From the NCBI RefSeq assembly GCF_009914755.1, contig NC_060945.1: a DNA stretch of 64,000 bases; one strand, 5' to 3'. Numbering within the stretch: position 1 is the first letter of the stretch; each line of letters starts with the position of its first letter. The notes under the pieces were generated by a model, which worked only from the letters and a program-made list of their open reading frames with translations, ran no database searches and was not told the DNA's origin. Below, piece after piece: positions 1-13,104 of this stretch. The stretch comes from the human T2T-CHM13v2.0 reference genome, Homo sapiens. The position numbers were made by a program, and so were the translations under genes.

Positions 1-360
1 TAATAAATAAAGCCCTTGCCATGGCTCCACAATCCCTGAGTCACATGAATCACTATTGTTAGACCATCGTGTTTTTTAAAACTGTGTGCACATATTTCTC
101 AGATTATTATTTTATTTTATTGTTCCACTGTCTTTATAAAATATGACTTACTTTATTCTATGCTGTTTGCATCTATGAACACATTTTCTTATTTACAAGT
201 TAGTACCAGATGTAGCCTATCAGCCTATCTCTGATTCAGAAAAATCTTGCTACCTCTAAGTGCCTGTGCCAGCTAATATGTCCTTGGGGTATAGCCCCTC
301 TCTACCAGGCACTAGATTTAGCTTGTTCGTTTGAAGTTAAGTGATAGAGCAACCAGTTGC

Positions 361-420
361 ATGTGTGTGTATATGTGTGTGTGTGTGTGTATGCTGCGTG
401 TGTGTATATGTGTGTATGTA
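361..420. repeat. Imperfect (TG/TA)n microsatellite
   Basis: Alternating TG/TA run read directly; accounts for the ORF at 331..582. Confidence 0.9.
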
Positions 421-704
421 TACATCTCAATGGCATATGGAGCTCATCCAACTGAGAAAGGGCTGAAACTCCCAAGCAGCATCTGGAATAGCTGGCCGGC
501 TCATGGAGCTTCGGTTTACAGCAGTCACCTCTTCTACTTCGCCTGCTGGAACACTCTTACTCAGCTTCGATCACCTCCATGAGAGATTACTGAGTGCTTC
601 CTAAGCGTACACACACGCACCCCAGAAATGTTGTTACAATTCACACTCCGTTAACATTACAAGGTTTCCATCCTTATTATGAAGCTATGCACCTTTATTT
701 TACA

Positions 705-1173
705 CAAGCAGATAAAACTGAAAGAGTTCAGGAAATGTCACCACAAAGAGCCTCCTTTGATAGATACTCCAAAAGGAATGCAATATTCTAGAATCCTCTC
801 CCTGAGAATCTCATTAACCAGGTAAGATTAAACTCCTATCACCGGAGAGGAGACTGGAAGTTGACCCCACTCCCAGACAGACTTTGTCTCAGGCTATCAC
901 CTATTCTTCCGAGGGCTCATTCCTCTTTCCCCAAAATCATTTACTCTCCCCCTAAGTTGCTTACATCCCCCTCCCCTCTCCCCTATGAAGAAGGTGTATA
1001 AGCTGCTTGAGCTCACAGTGTTATTGAGCACTCACTTTTCTTTCCTATGGTGTCCTTGAGCATGTAAAAATTTGCATATCTTTTTTCCTGTTGATGTGCT
1101 TGTTGTCAGTTTGTTTCATAGACTCAGTTATTGAACCCTCCGAGGATAGATGGAAGGTTTTCCCTTTTCTACA
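705..1173 (+). mobile_element. ERV1 solo LTR, MER34/MER39-like
   Basis: CCCTATGAAGAAGGTGTATAAGCT TATA block and 3' end ...GGAAGGTTTTCCCTTTTCTACA resemble MER34/MER39 LTRs; 5' boundary approximate. Confidence 0.6.
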
Positions 1174-2185
1174 TAACTTTACAGACATTTATTAGATAAC
1201 CACATGATAAAAGTCAAAGCTTTGGGGAACATTGTGGATGAAAAGGGCAGAGAAAGATCGCAGTGAGAGACCAGCCGCTTTCTCTTAAAAGTTCACAGCA
1301 GGTTACACCCACAGTGGTGCAGGGCTATAGCGGGGAGATCTGTAAATCCTCCTTTCATGAAAAGGGCCTTAGGAAGCTGAATCGACAATGGGCAAAATGA
1401 AAAAAAAATGCAAGTGACTAAAAAGCAATCAATGGACAATAGAAAGAGAATGAATGAGAGTAGCAGGAGAATACATACCAAAAAAAAAAAAATAAAGGAA
1501 GAAGAAGAGGTAGGAAATAGGCAGATATTATGTTCCCCAAGTTTAAAATACACAAGCAAACAAAAAACTACCTTAGAAGCAGGGTGTCCCAGGATTAACA
1601 GCCTGTAAAATCTCTGACTGCAGTGAGAAAGAAACTCTACTTATTGAAGTCTAGAAAAACTATACAATGTTTAAGTCTTGGTTTGGTGCCCCTTCCATCT
1701 ACCCTTCAATAGCCTCTCCTGCATCTCGTTACCTCTAAATGTCCATGCCTTCCTCCTGAACTACTGTTGTTCAGTTCCAAGGAATGCAATAGACAAAGCT
1801 CAGGGTTGCATGACACTCATGGGTACAAGGCATTTGGAGAAAGAATTTTTCCACAATAAAATTATTAACAATGTATTTCCTGTCGATGAAAGGAAGAAAA
1901 TTCTTATTTCCTAAGCAATTTGGGTTTCTCATAAGGCCCTTTGAAAATTAGGTCTTATTAAAATAAATCTCTGACCTTGGAAGAGCTTGAGTATGCTTAC
2001 CTCTGTCATAATAACATACCCTGAGATATGCTGCCTTCCCTGTGGTCCTCACTGATAATGGATGCTCTAATTAGAAGAAGGACATTGATCAAGGCAGAGA
2101 TGACTCACAGCAGATTTGTGGTCACTTTCTTCTAAACAACAGCCTGGTTGGAGGGTATTATCATAAAAACTAAAAAATTTAAAAA

Positions 2186-2482
<297 letters not shown>

Positions 2483-2912
2483 CTAATACTTTTATTTTCT
2501 TTTTTAGCCATTGTAAACTAAGATTAGGTGGTAGTTGAAAGATTTGAAAAATGAAAATACGTGCTGTAACATACATTATATACAAATTATATGGAGAATC
2601 AGAAAACAAAAATATTATTAATTTCCTATCCATTTCCCACAAATCTATTCTGCTATTTGCCATTGTGTTCTTTCCTACGCTACAACCACATAAGAAGGCA
2701 AAGCAAAGAGATTGAATTGAGATTTAAGAAACTAAAATCAAGATTCTATGTCTTAAAAAAGTTTAGAAATATATTGAATAAAATGTTCGTAGCAGTTAAT
2801 TTTAGGAAATTTGATCATAGAAGATTTGTAATTTACTGTTTATGTCTATCTCAATTTTAAGTTTTCTTCAAGTAACACTTATTACTGGATAAAAAGATAT
2901 TGAAAAATATTT

Positions 2913-3040
2913 GGGTCCAACACAGTAGCTGACATACCTGTAATCCCAGCACTTTGGGAGGCCAAGAGGATTGACTTGAGCCCAGGAGTTCAAGACCAGC
3001 CTGGGCAACACAGGGAGACCCTGTTTCTACCAAAAAAAAT
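2913..3040 (+). mobile_element. FLAM / AluJ left monomer
   Basis: CCTGTAATCCCAGCACTTTGGGAGG...GAGCCCAGGAGTTCAAGACCAGCCTGGGCAAC, single monomer with short A tail. Confidence 0.85.
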
Positions 3041-3334
3041 TATTACTAGCTAAAATTTATAGTTTGGAAATGCTCTCCTTTAAATGAAGAAATAGATAAA
3101 TTCTAATTCATTTCTTTAATTTAAAATTTGAGAATGCTGTTTTCCAGCAAATAATTAAAAGTATTAGCTATTGGAATTTATTTCTCATTATAAAGGCATC
3201 TGGAATTGAATCTTAACTGTTATAATTATTACAACTATTTTTAAAAGCACATTTTTATCATTCAAGCTTTCATCATGCTTTACAGATTTAGTAAGCTATT
3301 GAGCTATATTTATCTTCCGAGTAGTTTTAGAGTA

Positions 3335-3515
3335 ATTGCTCCCAAATTTCTCTCATGAGAGGAATCACAGAACATGAGGGAAAGGAGAGCTTATTGAAAC
3401 AAATAGATAAACAGATTGTCAGGATTTCCAAGTGAAGAAGTTAGAAATTTGCTTTGTCTTGTTTTAATACACTTCCAGTTGATTCATATCAGAGATATTG
3501 GGAAACCTATTTTAG
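3335..3515. mobile_element. Degenerate MER5-like hAT-Charlie MITE
   Basis: CCCAAA...GAATCAC...GAGCTTATTGAAA...GAAATTTGC...TTGGGAAAC pattern. Confidence 0.4.
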
Positions 3516-6399
3516 AGTGCAGTTTTTCTAATATTAGGCAATTTTCTAAGTGTAGTCACAATTAATGCATATGGAACAATGGACCAGCCTTTAGAAATCT
3601 TCCTGATGATGAATAATGGAGTTATTGCATTCCTGAAGTACAGGAGTACATTTTTACTCATTCTTTTTTTTTTGGAACTCCAATATTGTTTTTACTCTAT
3701 CTATACTTTCTAAAGCTAACACAAGCAGCTCTAAGCAAAGAAACTAACTGCCCTTTCTTTCTTAGTATTACTCCTGATTTCACTGATGTGTAAATTCAAG
3801 CAAATATTGGGAAAATCACAGCTGTTCCATAGGTCTTATCCTGCACTTTCCATTCATGAACCAATGTAATCAACAAGAACATTAGCCCAGGAATATTATG
3901 CCTAATTGGTTTGAAATGTTGTGCCCTCTTTTGGAGATGTACATATATAATTTTTATAAGATCCACTTGGGCTATGTATATGTAGAAGAAGACAGCTTTA
4001 ATATGAATACAACCACAACTACAAAATCGATCCTCGTGGCCAAGTAATTAACCAGATAATTCCTTTAGCGTGACATCAGTCAAATGGTTGTTTGAATGTC
4101 CCAAATTTTGCAACTGATTCATTTTTATGATGTGGAAGATGAGAATGAAATAATTCCCTGTGGGGAAAAAGGCCTACATCACTGGCCCTTCCTATGTTGT
4201 AGGCGAGAGTTAGGTCAGGTGTCTGAGATACGATTGTTGTTGGGCAACTATCAATCTGGCAGGATTCATTTCTTCATCCACTGAGGGCTGTTCCTATATT
4301 TGGAAATCCTCACTCTCATCTTCATTAGTGAATTCTAAAGCATTGAGTGAAAATAGCCTGCAATACCCCTATTTACAGCTTTATAGAAGTGTTAAAATAT
4401 GCAAGAACTGGGAGTCTTAAAGAGGGAAGCCAAACGGATTCTACAACTAAATATGGGAGAGACGTTTTATGATACTGTTGACTTCTTTTTAAAGAATACA
4501 TTAAATTTTCTTTGGAGGCTGCATTTGCACAGCAATGATTTAAAGATACTTAGCTCACAGTAATGAAATAAATACTTTCCCCAGTGGTGTGGAACAATTT
4601 GATAGAAGAGCATATGTCCTCTAATTCGTGGGCATAATAGAGCCTGAATTAAGGGGCTACAGGAGCCCTAAGTGCCGCTTCTCACATCCTTGCTTTGTGG
4701 GAGCATGTAATCTTTTCTTAGCGTATGTTTTATTTTGTTATCTTAATTGGAGTTTCTTCCTTTTCTTGGAGGTCATTTAACGTGGGAATTTGACACTCAG
4801 TCGTGCTTAATTTCACTTTCATATTTTTATCATTGACTTTAGTCGAATTCCTTCAGAAAGCTACTGAAACCTTGGTCCCTTTGCCACCTAAAAAAAAAAA
4901 AAAAAAAAGAAACTCTACTGCCACATGGGATGTTTAAAATTATTAATTACACCTTTTCTGAGAGTCCACTCAGTCAACGCTCCCTCCAGCTGGAGAAGTG
5001 TGTTCTCATTGAATGCTCAACTGCAAGCGATTGCGAACAAGGTCACCATCTTCAACAGCATTTCAGTAAGAAATAACCAAAACCATAGTAAATATAAATG
5101 CCGTGAGAAATGACCCTTGGCACATGCTAACAGATCATTGCTAGTAAGTAAACATTGGAGAGTAAGCAACAACCTGCCAATTCTTATCTTCCTCGTTGGG
5201 GAAAAGGACAAGTGACTCACTGTGTTTTATGTTTTTAAACTTTCAGGTGTCTTCCTTGGCAAAAAGAATATAAAATCACTAGGATGATCTTTCTCTTTGA
5301 TGGCTTTGTGGCTCAGTGAGGGAACAAGCATATACATTATTTAAATACAAATGGATTGATAAATCCACATATCGTGCTAGAGCTCAGTGTGAGGCAAGCA
5401 GCTGTTTGAAATCCCACCCTCCTCTTCCCAATAGTTCATGGTAGAAAATCCAAGAGACTGCATACGACCAGGTGTAGCCATAATGTAGTCCTATTAGAAC
5501 CATAGCTTCATTGTCGGAAACTTCATTTAAACGTCCATAAAACCATCCTGATACAAAGAATGAACTGTAATAGCTTATAATTATGAGAGTGCATAAAGTA
5601 TGCCTCACAACCTATTACAAAGCCATAATTTTAGCATAAAACCATAAACCAGGAGAACAAAACTTGAGGACTTCAAAATAAAATTACAGCTTTTGTAAAG
5701 GCCAATAGAGCATACCTTTTCTCTCCGCAATAAATGATTGTCTCGTCTGCCTCCCACACGCAAAACAAGGGTGGATTTCTGATTTTTCAGACTTTACACT
5801 TCAGCACGTTCCCAAAGGTATCTTACAACTAGAGCATTAATACATTTTCAAAAGGGATTTTAATGCCCATTAGAATGAGATCTGGTTCAGGTGGAAAGAC
5901 AGATAGTATTCACTCATGTCAAAATGGGGAAATTAGCAGAAAAGGCTTTTGTGCTTGGTCTGCTTAAAAAACCCCCTCCTGTCATGAGGAAGAGGAAATG
6001 CCTGTTTTGATCATCAAACCAATGCAATTAGGACTGAATGAGATTTATCAGTCTTTATGTGAGCAGAAGGAAATGAATATTTAAGAAATGTATTTTAGGA
6101 AAATGAGGATAGTTTCAAGGCCAGAATATTTAACTCTTTGTCAGCATTCTTGATGTATTTTTAGGGTTTTGTAAAAGCACTCTGGTTTTTTTCTCATAGA
6201 TGAAATACAATTTGCCTGACATCAACAAGCCAAAGTGACTTTTATGCCTAATTATATATTAAACATGCACACACACACCCCTTCTAATTTAGAAAGTCAA
6301 AATATGTGAGCTTCAACATGTACTTTTAAAATGTCATTTGTTATTACGCTTATGTGAATAATATCGTACACAAAGAACAAACTTAAAATCCCCTATAAT

Positions 6400-6776
6400 T
6401 CCATCACAAAGACATAACTCTGCTTAATATTTTGGAGTATTTCTTTTGAGTGTATATTTTCAAAACATTGTTAAGCTCTCTATATAGTTTTATATAATTT
6501 ATTATTCATAAAACAACATTGTAATCATTTTTATATCATTAAATATCTAACATACTATTTAATGGTTACATAAAACCCTATTATATAAATTGACTATAAT
6601 TTATTTAATCCTTCTTATGTACAAACATTTAAATTATTGTTTACAATTGTTATTGGTACATGTAGACACATATATAGGTATATACATATGTATATAAAAG
6701 CTTTACTTCTAATATCAGAAAATTATAAACAATAATCTTAATGTTCATATAATCTAAATCTGTCTACTGTATTATT
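6400..6776 (-). mobile_element. Old L1M 3' UTR fragment
   Basis: Very AT-rich, with TATAATTTATTTAATCC...ACATTTAAATTATTG motifs typical of antisense L1ME/MC 3' ends; continues after the Alu. Confidence 0.5.
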
Positions 6777-6792
6777 TTGGGGTCAATTTTTA

Positions 6793-7107
6793 TATTTATT
6801 TTTATTTATATATATTTTTTATTTTTTCTGAGACAGGGTCTCACTCTGTCACCCAGGTTGCAGTGCAGTGGTGCGATCTTGATCTCAGCTCACTGAAACC
6901 TCTTCTTTCCAGGCTCAAGCGATCCTTCCACCTCAGATTCCGAGTAGTTAGGAGCACAGGCATGCAAGAAAAATTTTTTGTATTTTCGGTAGAGATGGGG
7001 TCTCATCATGTTGCCCAGGCTGGTCTCAAGCTCCTGAGCTCAGGTGATCCATCTGCCTCAGCCTTCCAAAGTGCTGGGATTACAGGCATGAGCTACCGTG
7101 CTTGGCC
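6793..7107 (-). mobile_element. AluJ SINE
   Basis: Antisense Alu (AGGCTCAAGCGATCC, GATGGGGTCTCA) with TSD TTGG(G/A)GTCAATTTTTA on both sides. Confidence 0.9.
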
Positions 7108-7602
7108 TTGGAGTCAATTTTTAGAAGTGGAGCAAAGGATAGGAACATATTTTTAGGGATTTATATAAACTATTCAATTACAATGAGAAATTTGGAGTGT
7201 TTTGTTTATCACATTGTTTTTCGAGGATGATGAGTTAGACATAGAAATAATAGAATTTTCTTTATAAAACTTGTTATAATGGTACTGTATATTGACAATT
7301 GCTTTAGAATCCTTTCCATTCTGTGCTGTCTGCAGTAGAAACCACACCTTTGCTCTTATCCTATGAGGTTCATATGGCCAGTATCTGAGGAGAGGGCCAG
7401 GCCACCCATGGTGGGAATGCAGAGAAGACCTAACTGCATGAGTATGAGGAGAGATAGGTTTATAAACGGGAGCAGGCGAAAGTTAAGGGAATTCACACAT
7501 AATAGTTTCTATTCTCTCTTGTAAGAGGCTTGAAGTGTAAATGTCCGGAACTGTCCATGTAGGGAAGTAGAAAACTGGACAGAGAACATGTCAGTGACCA
7601 AC

Positions 7603-8060
7603 TGTATTAGTCAGGGTTCTTCAAAGACACAGAATCAATGGGATATAAATAGATAGAATGAAATAAATTTATGATGAGGGATTGGTTCACACAGTTATGG
7701 AGGCTGTTTTTAGCCTCCATCATCTGCCCATAATCTGATTATGTCCCATAATCTGCCGCCTGTAAGCGGAGCCCCGGAAAAGCCAGTCTGAGTCCAAAGG
7801 TCTAAGAACTGGGAGCACTGCTGAGAAGAGGGATGTCTCAACTCAAGCAGACAGCAGATCCGCCCTCCCTCTACCATTTTGTTTTGTTTAGGCCCTCAAT
7901 GGGTGAGATGAAGCCCACCCACATTGAGGAGAGCAGTCTTCTTTACTCATCTACTGATTCAAATGCTCATCTTCTCCAGGAACACCCAGAAATAATGGTT
8001 TATCAGCTACCCAGGTATTCCTTAGCTCAATCAAGTTGTCATATAAAATTAACCATTGTA
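7603..8060 (-). mobile_element. MLT2 (ERVL) solo LTR
   Basis: TGTATTAGTCAGGGTTCT...CAAGTTGTCATATAAAATTAACCAT, reverse complement of MLT2 termini. Confidence 0.85.
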
Positions 8061-8519
8061 TAAACCTTGCCAAGCAGCACTGAGGTTCAAGCTGAAGTTC
8101 AAAACCATACTATTGTAATAGCATCCACACAATTATATTTTCTCTGGTGGTGATTGGCTACTCATGTGCAGGATGGATTCAATTATTTAGGTTTGGGAAA
8201 CTGCAGGGAATATGTGATAGAAGGCCAAGGTCAGCAAGGCTCAGTGAATTGGTGAGAGGAAACTTGACATGAAGGGGGATAGGGCCTAGGTCGAATAAGG
8301 AACAAAGTAAGAATACAATGGACTCAGTGAAGAGATGAGTGAAGGGCCAAGGGATGCAGGTGGTGGATGAGACCCATGAGCAAGTGCTATAAGAATGAGG
8401 ATGTGAGAGTTAGCACTGTCGATCATATTTCACTGCTATAAATCATTACATCACAGTGTGGATGAAGGGTTGTATCATAATAGCTTATAAGTGGAGAATG
8501 CAGTGTGTCAATTAGATTA

Positions 8520-8850
8520 TACATTTCTTCAGTCAACAAATAACTGATGGACGTTCACCATGTGCTAGGCACTGCTCTGGGCCCTAGGGATACAAAGGTG
8601 AACAAAAACCGATACATTCCTTGCCTTCATAGAGCTGTAGTCTAGCAGAACAAGGGAAGATAAAACAATAAACAGAATAAATACATAAAATATGCATCTG
8701 ACCTAAGAGATGGCAGCTGGTAACAAGAAATCAAAGAGAAAACTAGAAGGATTAAGTAAGAGATAGTTTGCAGTTTTAAGTAGCATGGACAGGGAAGAAG
8801 AATAGGAAAACTTGATTAGCATGATGTGAAAGAAGAGGCGATACCATATA
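8520..8850 (-). mobile_element. L2 3' end fragment
   Basis: TCAACAAATA...ATGTGCTAGGCACTGCTCTGGG...GGGATACAAAGGTGAACAA matches the antisense L2 3' end. Confidence 0.75.
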
Positions 8851-10703
8851 AGTAGGTTCCAACTCATGAATGCATTGAATGTGTGGCTTTCCAAGTTGTC
8901 ATCTGGATTTTGATTAGTTGGAACTCAGAGGTTTTTTTCCCCAAGGAGTAAGATGAGTGATTGTGATTGGGGACCTAATCAATCCTCATCCCATTCCCCA
9001 AAGCTTCCTTGACTCATAATGTGTTGGAAATACCACTTTTTGTAACCCTGGGCTTCAAGTCCTTTCCAGTTTCTCTGGCCATCGAGTCTAGAGGTTTCTT
9101 GAGTGCTGAGGAAAGAAGGAAGTTTGGTGAATGGTTGAGGCTGGGCATTTCTTATTATTTCATGCCGGAAGAAGCCCTAGTCAGCAGAAAAGTCAAAAAA
9201 AGGAAGGTAGGAGGTGGAGAATCTTGGCAGCAGTGGCACCCTTTGGAAGCCTGCCCTATTGTTTTCCCCCAAAATCCACTGCTCAGGGCCTTTCATTTAG
9301 GAAGGACATTAGTCAGACCACTAGTCATGCTGTGGTGTTTGTCATATTCAGTATCATTTCTGCAACAAATGATTGAACACCTACAGGCACCTCTTCAGAT
9401 GATCAGTGAACAACAGGCAAAATCCTTGCCAGGTGAGCTTACATTCTACCAGGGTAGACAGGGAAATAAATAGGCAACAGAATAAATAAATTATATAGGC
9501 TGTGATGTAAGAACAATGGGTTAGGTAGTCATAAGATCTAGTGAGTGTCCTGAAACTTCATTTATCCTAAAGGGCCTGAGCTTTTTCAGTTTTCACCACT
9601 TGAAGGTATTTTTCATGTCTGTAACTGTAGTAGAGAAAGATAGTTTCTGGAGATGTTACCTATATGTAAGAGGGTGGATCTGTATATTTTGAATTGAGTT
9701 TTCATCCTAAACTTAAAAAGTGATTTTGAGTCTGAGGATTCTGAAGAGCAGTTTTGGCTGTTTTTACATGCTCTGGATGCCCATGAAAACAATTAAGATG
9801 GTTTAATACCGATTTTCAACTTCTAATCTCTCCCTGGATTGAAAGAAGAAAGCAAATGCCAAGATGCATGACTTCGACACTATTATAGCAAACATGTCAT
9901 AATCACTACATTTTCCCAATGGTTTTATTACTTTAAATGTGGTCCCCTTTTCCAGAAAAGCAGAATTTCTGAGTTATGGCAGTTCGCCCAGTAATTTGTA
10001 AACAGTGCTTAAATCCCTAGTTGGCCAGTCCGTACCTGAAGGAACTGTTCAATTCTACAAAGTACATAATTGCGGTATAAATTTATTTTTTCACTTTCTA
10101 CAGCACAAATGAACTACTTATAATAATTATTGTATTTTTTTAAATAATACCACCACTCAGAAGGAAATTTTATCTGTTGAATTCCCTTCTGAGAGGTAGG
10201 TATTTTAGAATATGCATGCAAAACAGGATAAGCAGAGGAAATCTTAACACCAATCAAAATATCTCAGGAATGGCACAGGAATTCTTTTTAAACCAAAGTA
10301 TTTATGTGTCTCAATATTCTGAAGAATAGTTTTCAATGTAAATGAGCTCTTCAGAGTGAAAATTTCTGAGAAACTGCAGATAAGATTTCAAATAGCCGAT
10401 TACATCAATCCAAGGGAAATTTCATCTGCTCACAGATATAGCTATGGGATGTATTTGCAAGACAGAACTTAGCTGAACTTGCATAGCTGTTTCCTGGCTC
10501 TCTTTTTATCCTCTAATTTCTTCTAGTTTTATTAGCTTCTCTTCCTCAGCCTGCTCCATAATATTGATATTTCCTGGGTTTGTTTGCTCATTTATTTATT
10601 TTACCATTCTCTCTTTCTATTCACAATTCTTTTGTGATTTCATTTACCATCATGACATTCATAGCCACGGTATCTTTAGCCTACACTTTTGTCCTATGGG
10701 ACA

Positions 10704-11999
10704 TGAGGGAACTTCAAAAAATTCATTAAAAATGAAATTAAAAGATAAAATAAAAATATAAACCTTATTTCTCATCATATCATTCAACAAGTTTAAGACA
10801 GTTTTGTAAGCAGTGATAGCAGCCATTTAGTCTATCTCTAAAGAACTGAGATTCCTGGGAATTTAACCATGTCAATGCATTCTTTTTCTCATTACTAGCT
10901 GAAGAAAAATGGGTTCCCCTTAAAGATTCTTTAAGATTAGGAAACAAAAAGAAGTTAGAAGGAGGCAAATGAGGACTGTAAGGTGGATGCCTGATGGTTT
11001 CCCATCAAAACTTTCACAAAATTGCCCTTGTTTGATGAGAGGAATGAGCAGGAGCACTGTCATAGTGGAGGAGGACTCTCTGGTGATGTTTTCCCAGGTG
11101 CTTTTCTGCGAAAGCTTTGGCCAACTTTCTTGAAACACTCTCATAATAAGCAGATGTTATCATTTTGGCCCTCCAGAAAATTGACAAGCAAAATGCCTTC
11201 AGCATCCCCAAAAAACTGTTGCCATAACCTTAGCTCTTGAGCAGTTTGCTTTTACTTTGACTTGACCACATCCACCTCTTGGTAGCCATTGCTTTGATTA
11301 TGCTTTGTCTTCAGGATCATACTGGTGAAGCCATGTTTCATCTCCTATTAAATTCTTCAAATAAATGCTTCAAGATCTTGATACCACTTGCTTAAAATTT
11401 CCATTGAGAGCTCTATTCTTGTCTATAGCTGATCTGGGCACAACAGTTTTGGCACCCATCAACTGGAAAATTTGCTCCATTTTAATTTTTAAATCGGAAA
11501 TGTGTAAGCTGAACAAATTGAGATGTCTGTGGTGTTGGCTATTGTTTCTGCTGTTAATTGTTGATCACCATCAATTAGAACACGAACCAGATGAATTTTT
11601 TCCTTACAAATTGATGTGGATGCTCTACCGCTAGAGGCTTCATCTTCAACATCATCTCATACCATCTTAAAATGAGTTATCCATTTGTAAACTGCTTATT
11701 TCTTTGGGGCATTGTCCCATAAACTTCTTGTAAAGCATCAGTGATTTTCATCATTCTTCCACCTAAGCTCCATCATAAATTTGATGTTTGTTCTTCCTTC
11801 AATTTTAGCAGAATTTATGTTACTCATATAGGAGCTCTTTTCAAACAGATGTCTTCTCCTTCTTAGTGACTCAAACTAGATTGTGTTCATATTTGTTATA
11901 ATAAGTTAATGTGAGTTTATTTTGGTGCAAACAATTGAAATCCTTGCGTAATTCTTTCTCATAATAAGCACTTTCCATGAACTCTTTGAACGACCGTTG
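10704..11999 (-). mobile_element. Full-length HSMAR2 mariner DNA transposon (inactive)
   Basis: Two degenerate TIRs (TGAGGGAACTTCAAAAAATTCATTAAAAATG at left; reverse complement CAACGGTCGTTCAAAGAGTTCATGGAAAGTG at right); TA at 12000-12001 and CA at 10702-10703; about 1.3 kb. Confidence 0.92.
10780..11818 (-). pseudogene. Decayed HSMAR2 transposase ORF
   Basis: Minus-strand remnants WVPK, IGDETW, LLHYDSAPAH, YSPHLPPSNFFLFPNLK; start codon mutated to ATA at 11818; multiple frameshifts and stops. Confidence 0.88.
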
Positions 12000-13104
12000 T
12001 AATTTAAACTGCGTTTGGATTTCTACCTAAAGTAGGGTAATAAAGTATCCCAGTTTGCCTGAAACTCCCAGTTCTGCATCCTGGGAAAGTTTCTCTTCCA
12101 GATGTGAAGAATCCAGGCTTTGGGGGATAGGCATGGAAGTTTGGGAGAAAGGTACAAAACCCATCAGCACCTTCAAACATAGGGGCTGAAGGCAACACTA
12201 TTTTTAGTGTCAAATTGATAATGGCACACATTATCCACCTTCCATTGCTGCAGTCACTGTTTTTCCCCAACCACTGGCGCTGGCAACTGTAATTTGGGGC
12301 TAACAATAATAGCTAATTAACTGTTGATTTTCTTCAAGTGATGCATCCTAAATGGGCAACTTAAGTAGATTGCAATCATGATTATTAACAATCTGTCTTT
12401 GAGTTGGCCAGTAGATTAATTTTTGAGTTGTATTAAGATAGAGAAGTTTTAAGTTGTTAAATGTTAAATATCATAAATATCACTTTAAGAGAGATATGCC
12501 ATTGACTTTACCCCACGGATATCAATGATATATTTAAATAAGGAAAAAAGTTCTCAGAGGATTGGGAGAGAATAACTTCTATCCATTGGAGATGTATTTG
12601 TGGATATGCTAGTAGTGGAATAGGGTTAGTTTATTTGCCTCACTCGATTTTGGATGAAAACAAATGGGATCTGAATTTCCGTGAGATTAATATATTCCTT
12701 TAACTACATCCTAGTTCTGTGTGACTGTAAGCCTCAGAAGATCAAAATGGCAACTATTTAACCAGCAATATCTGTGGTTAATTTTCATGATGAACAAGAC
12801 AAATGTGAAAAAATGCCACGGAAAATGGTATTATGTTTAATGGTTTAGATTTAGAAGTATTTTCATTTAAGTAGCATGTGGCATTGAACTTAATTTATAT
12901 AAAAATATGAGTGAAATTTATGTTTTACTTCTACAGGCGGTTACATTTTGACTGAGGGAGATGCTTTTGCAGTGCTGTTCCTTGGGGCCTTGCTACTACT
13001 AAATGAATATCTGCCATATATTTCGAGATTTTTCTATGCTTTGATTTACCATGGATGGTTTGTGTAAATAATTTTCAAATTCTAAATACCAACATAGGAG
13101 AGCC

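Noticed and set aside
4067-4078. 12-mer AGCGTGACATCA recurring in reverse at 51479-51490
   Set aside because: Many 12-mer matches are expected by chance in 64 kb on two strands.
9009-9473. Longest ORF (154 aa)
   Set aside because: Non-ATG start, no recognisable domain, and it runs into an L2 fragment; consistent with chance.
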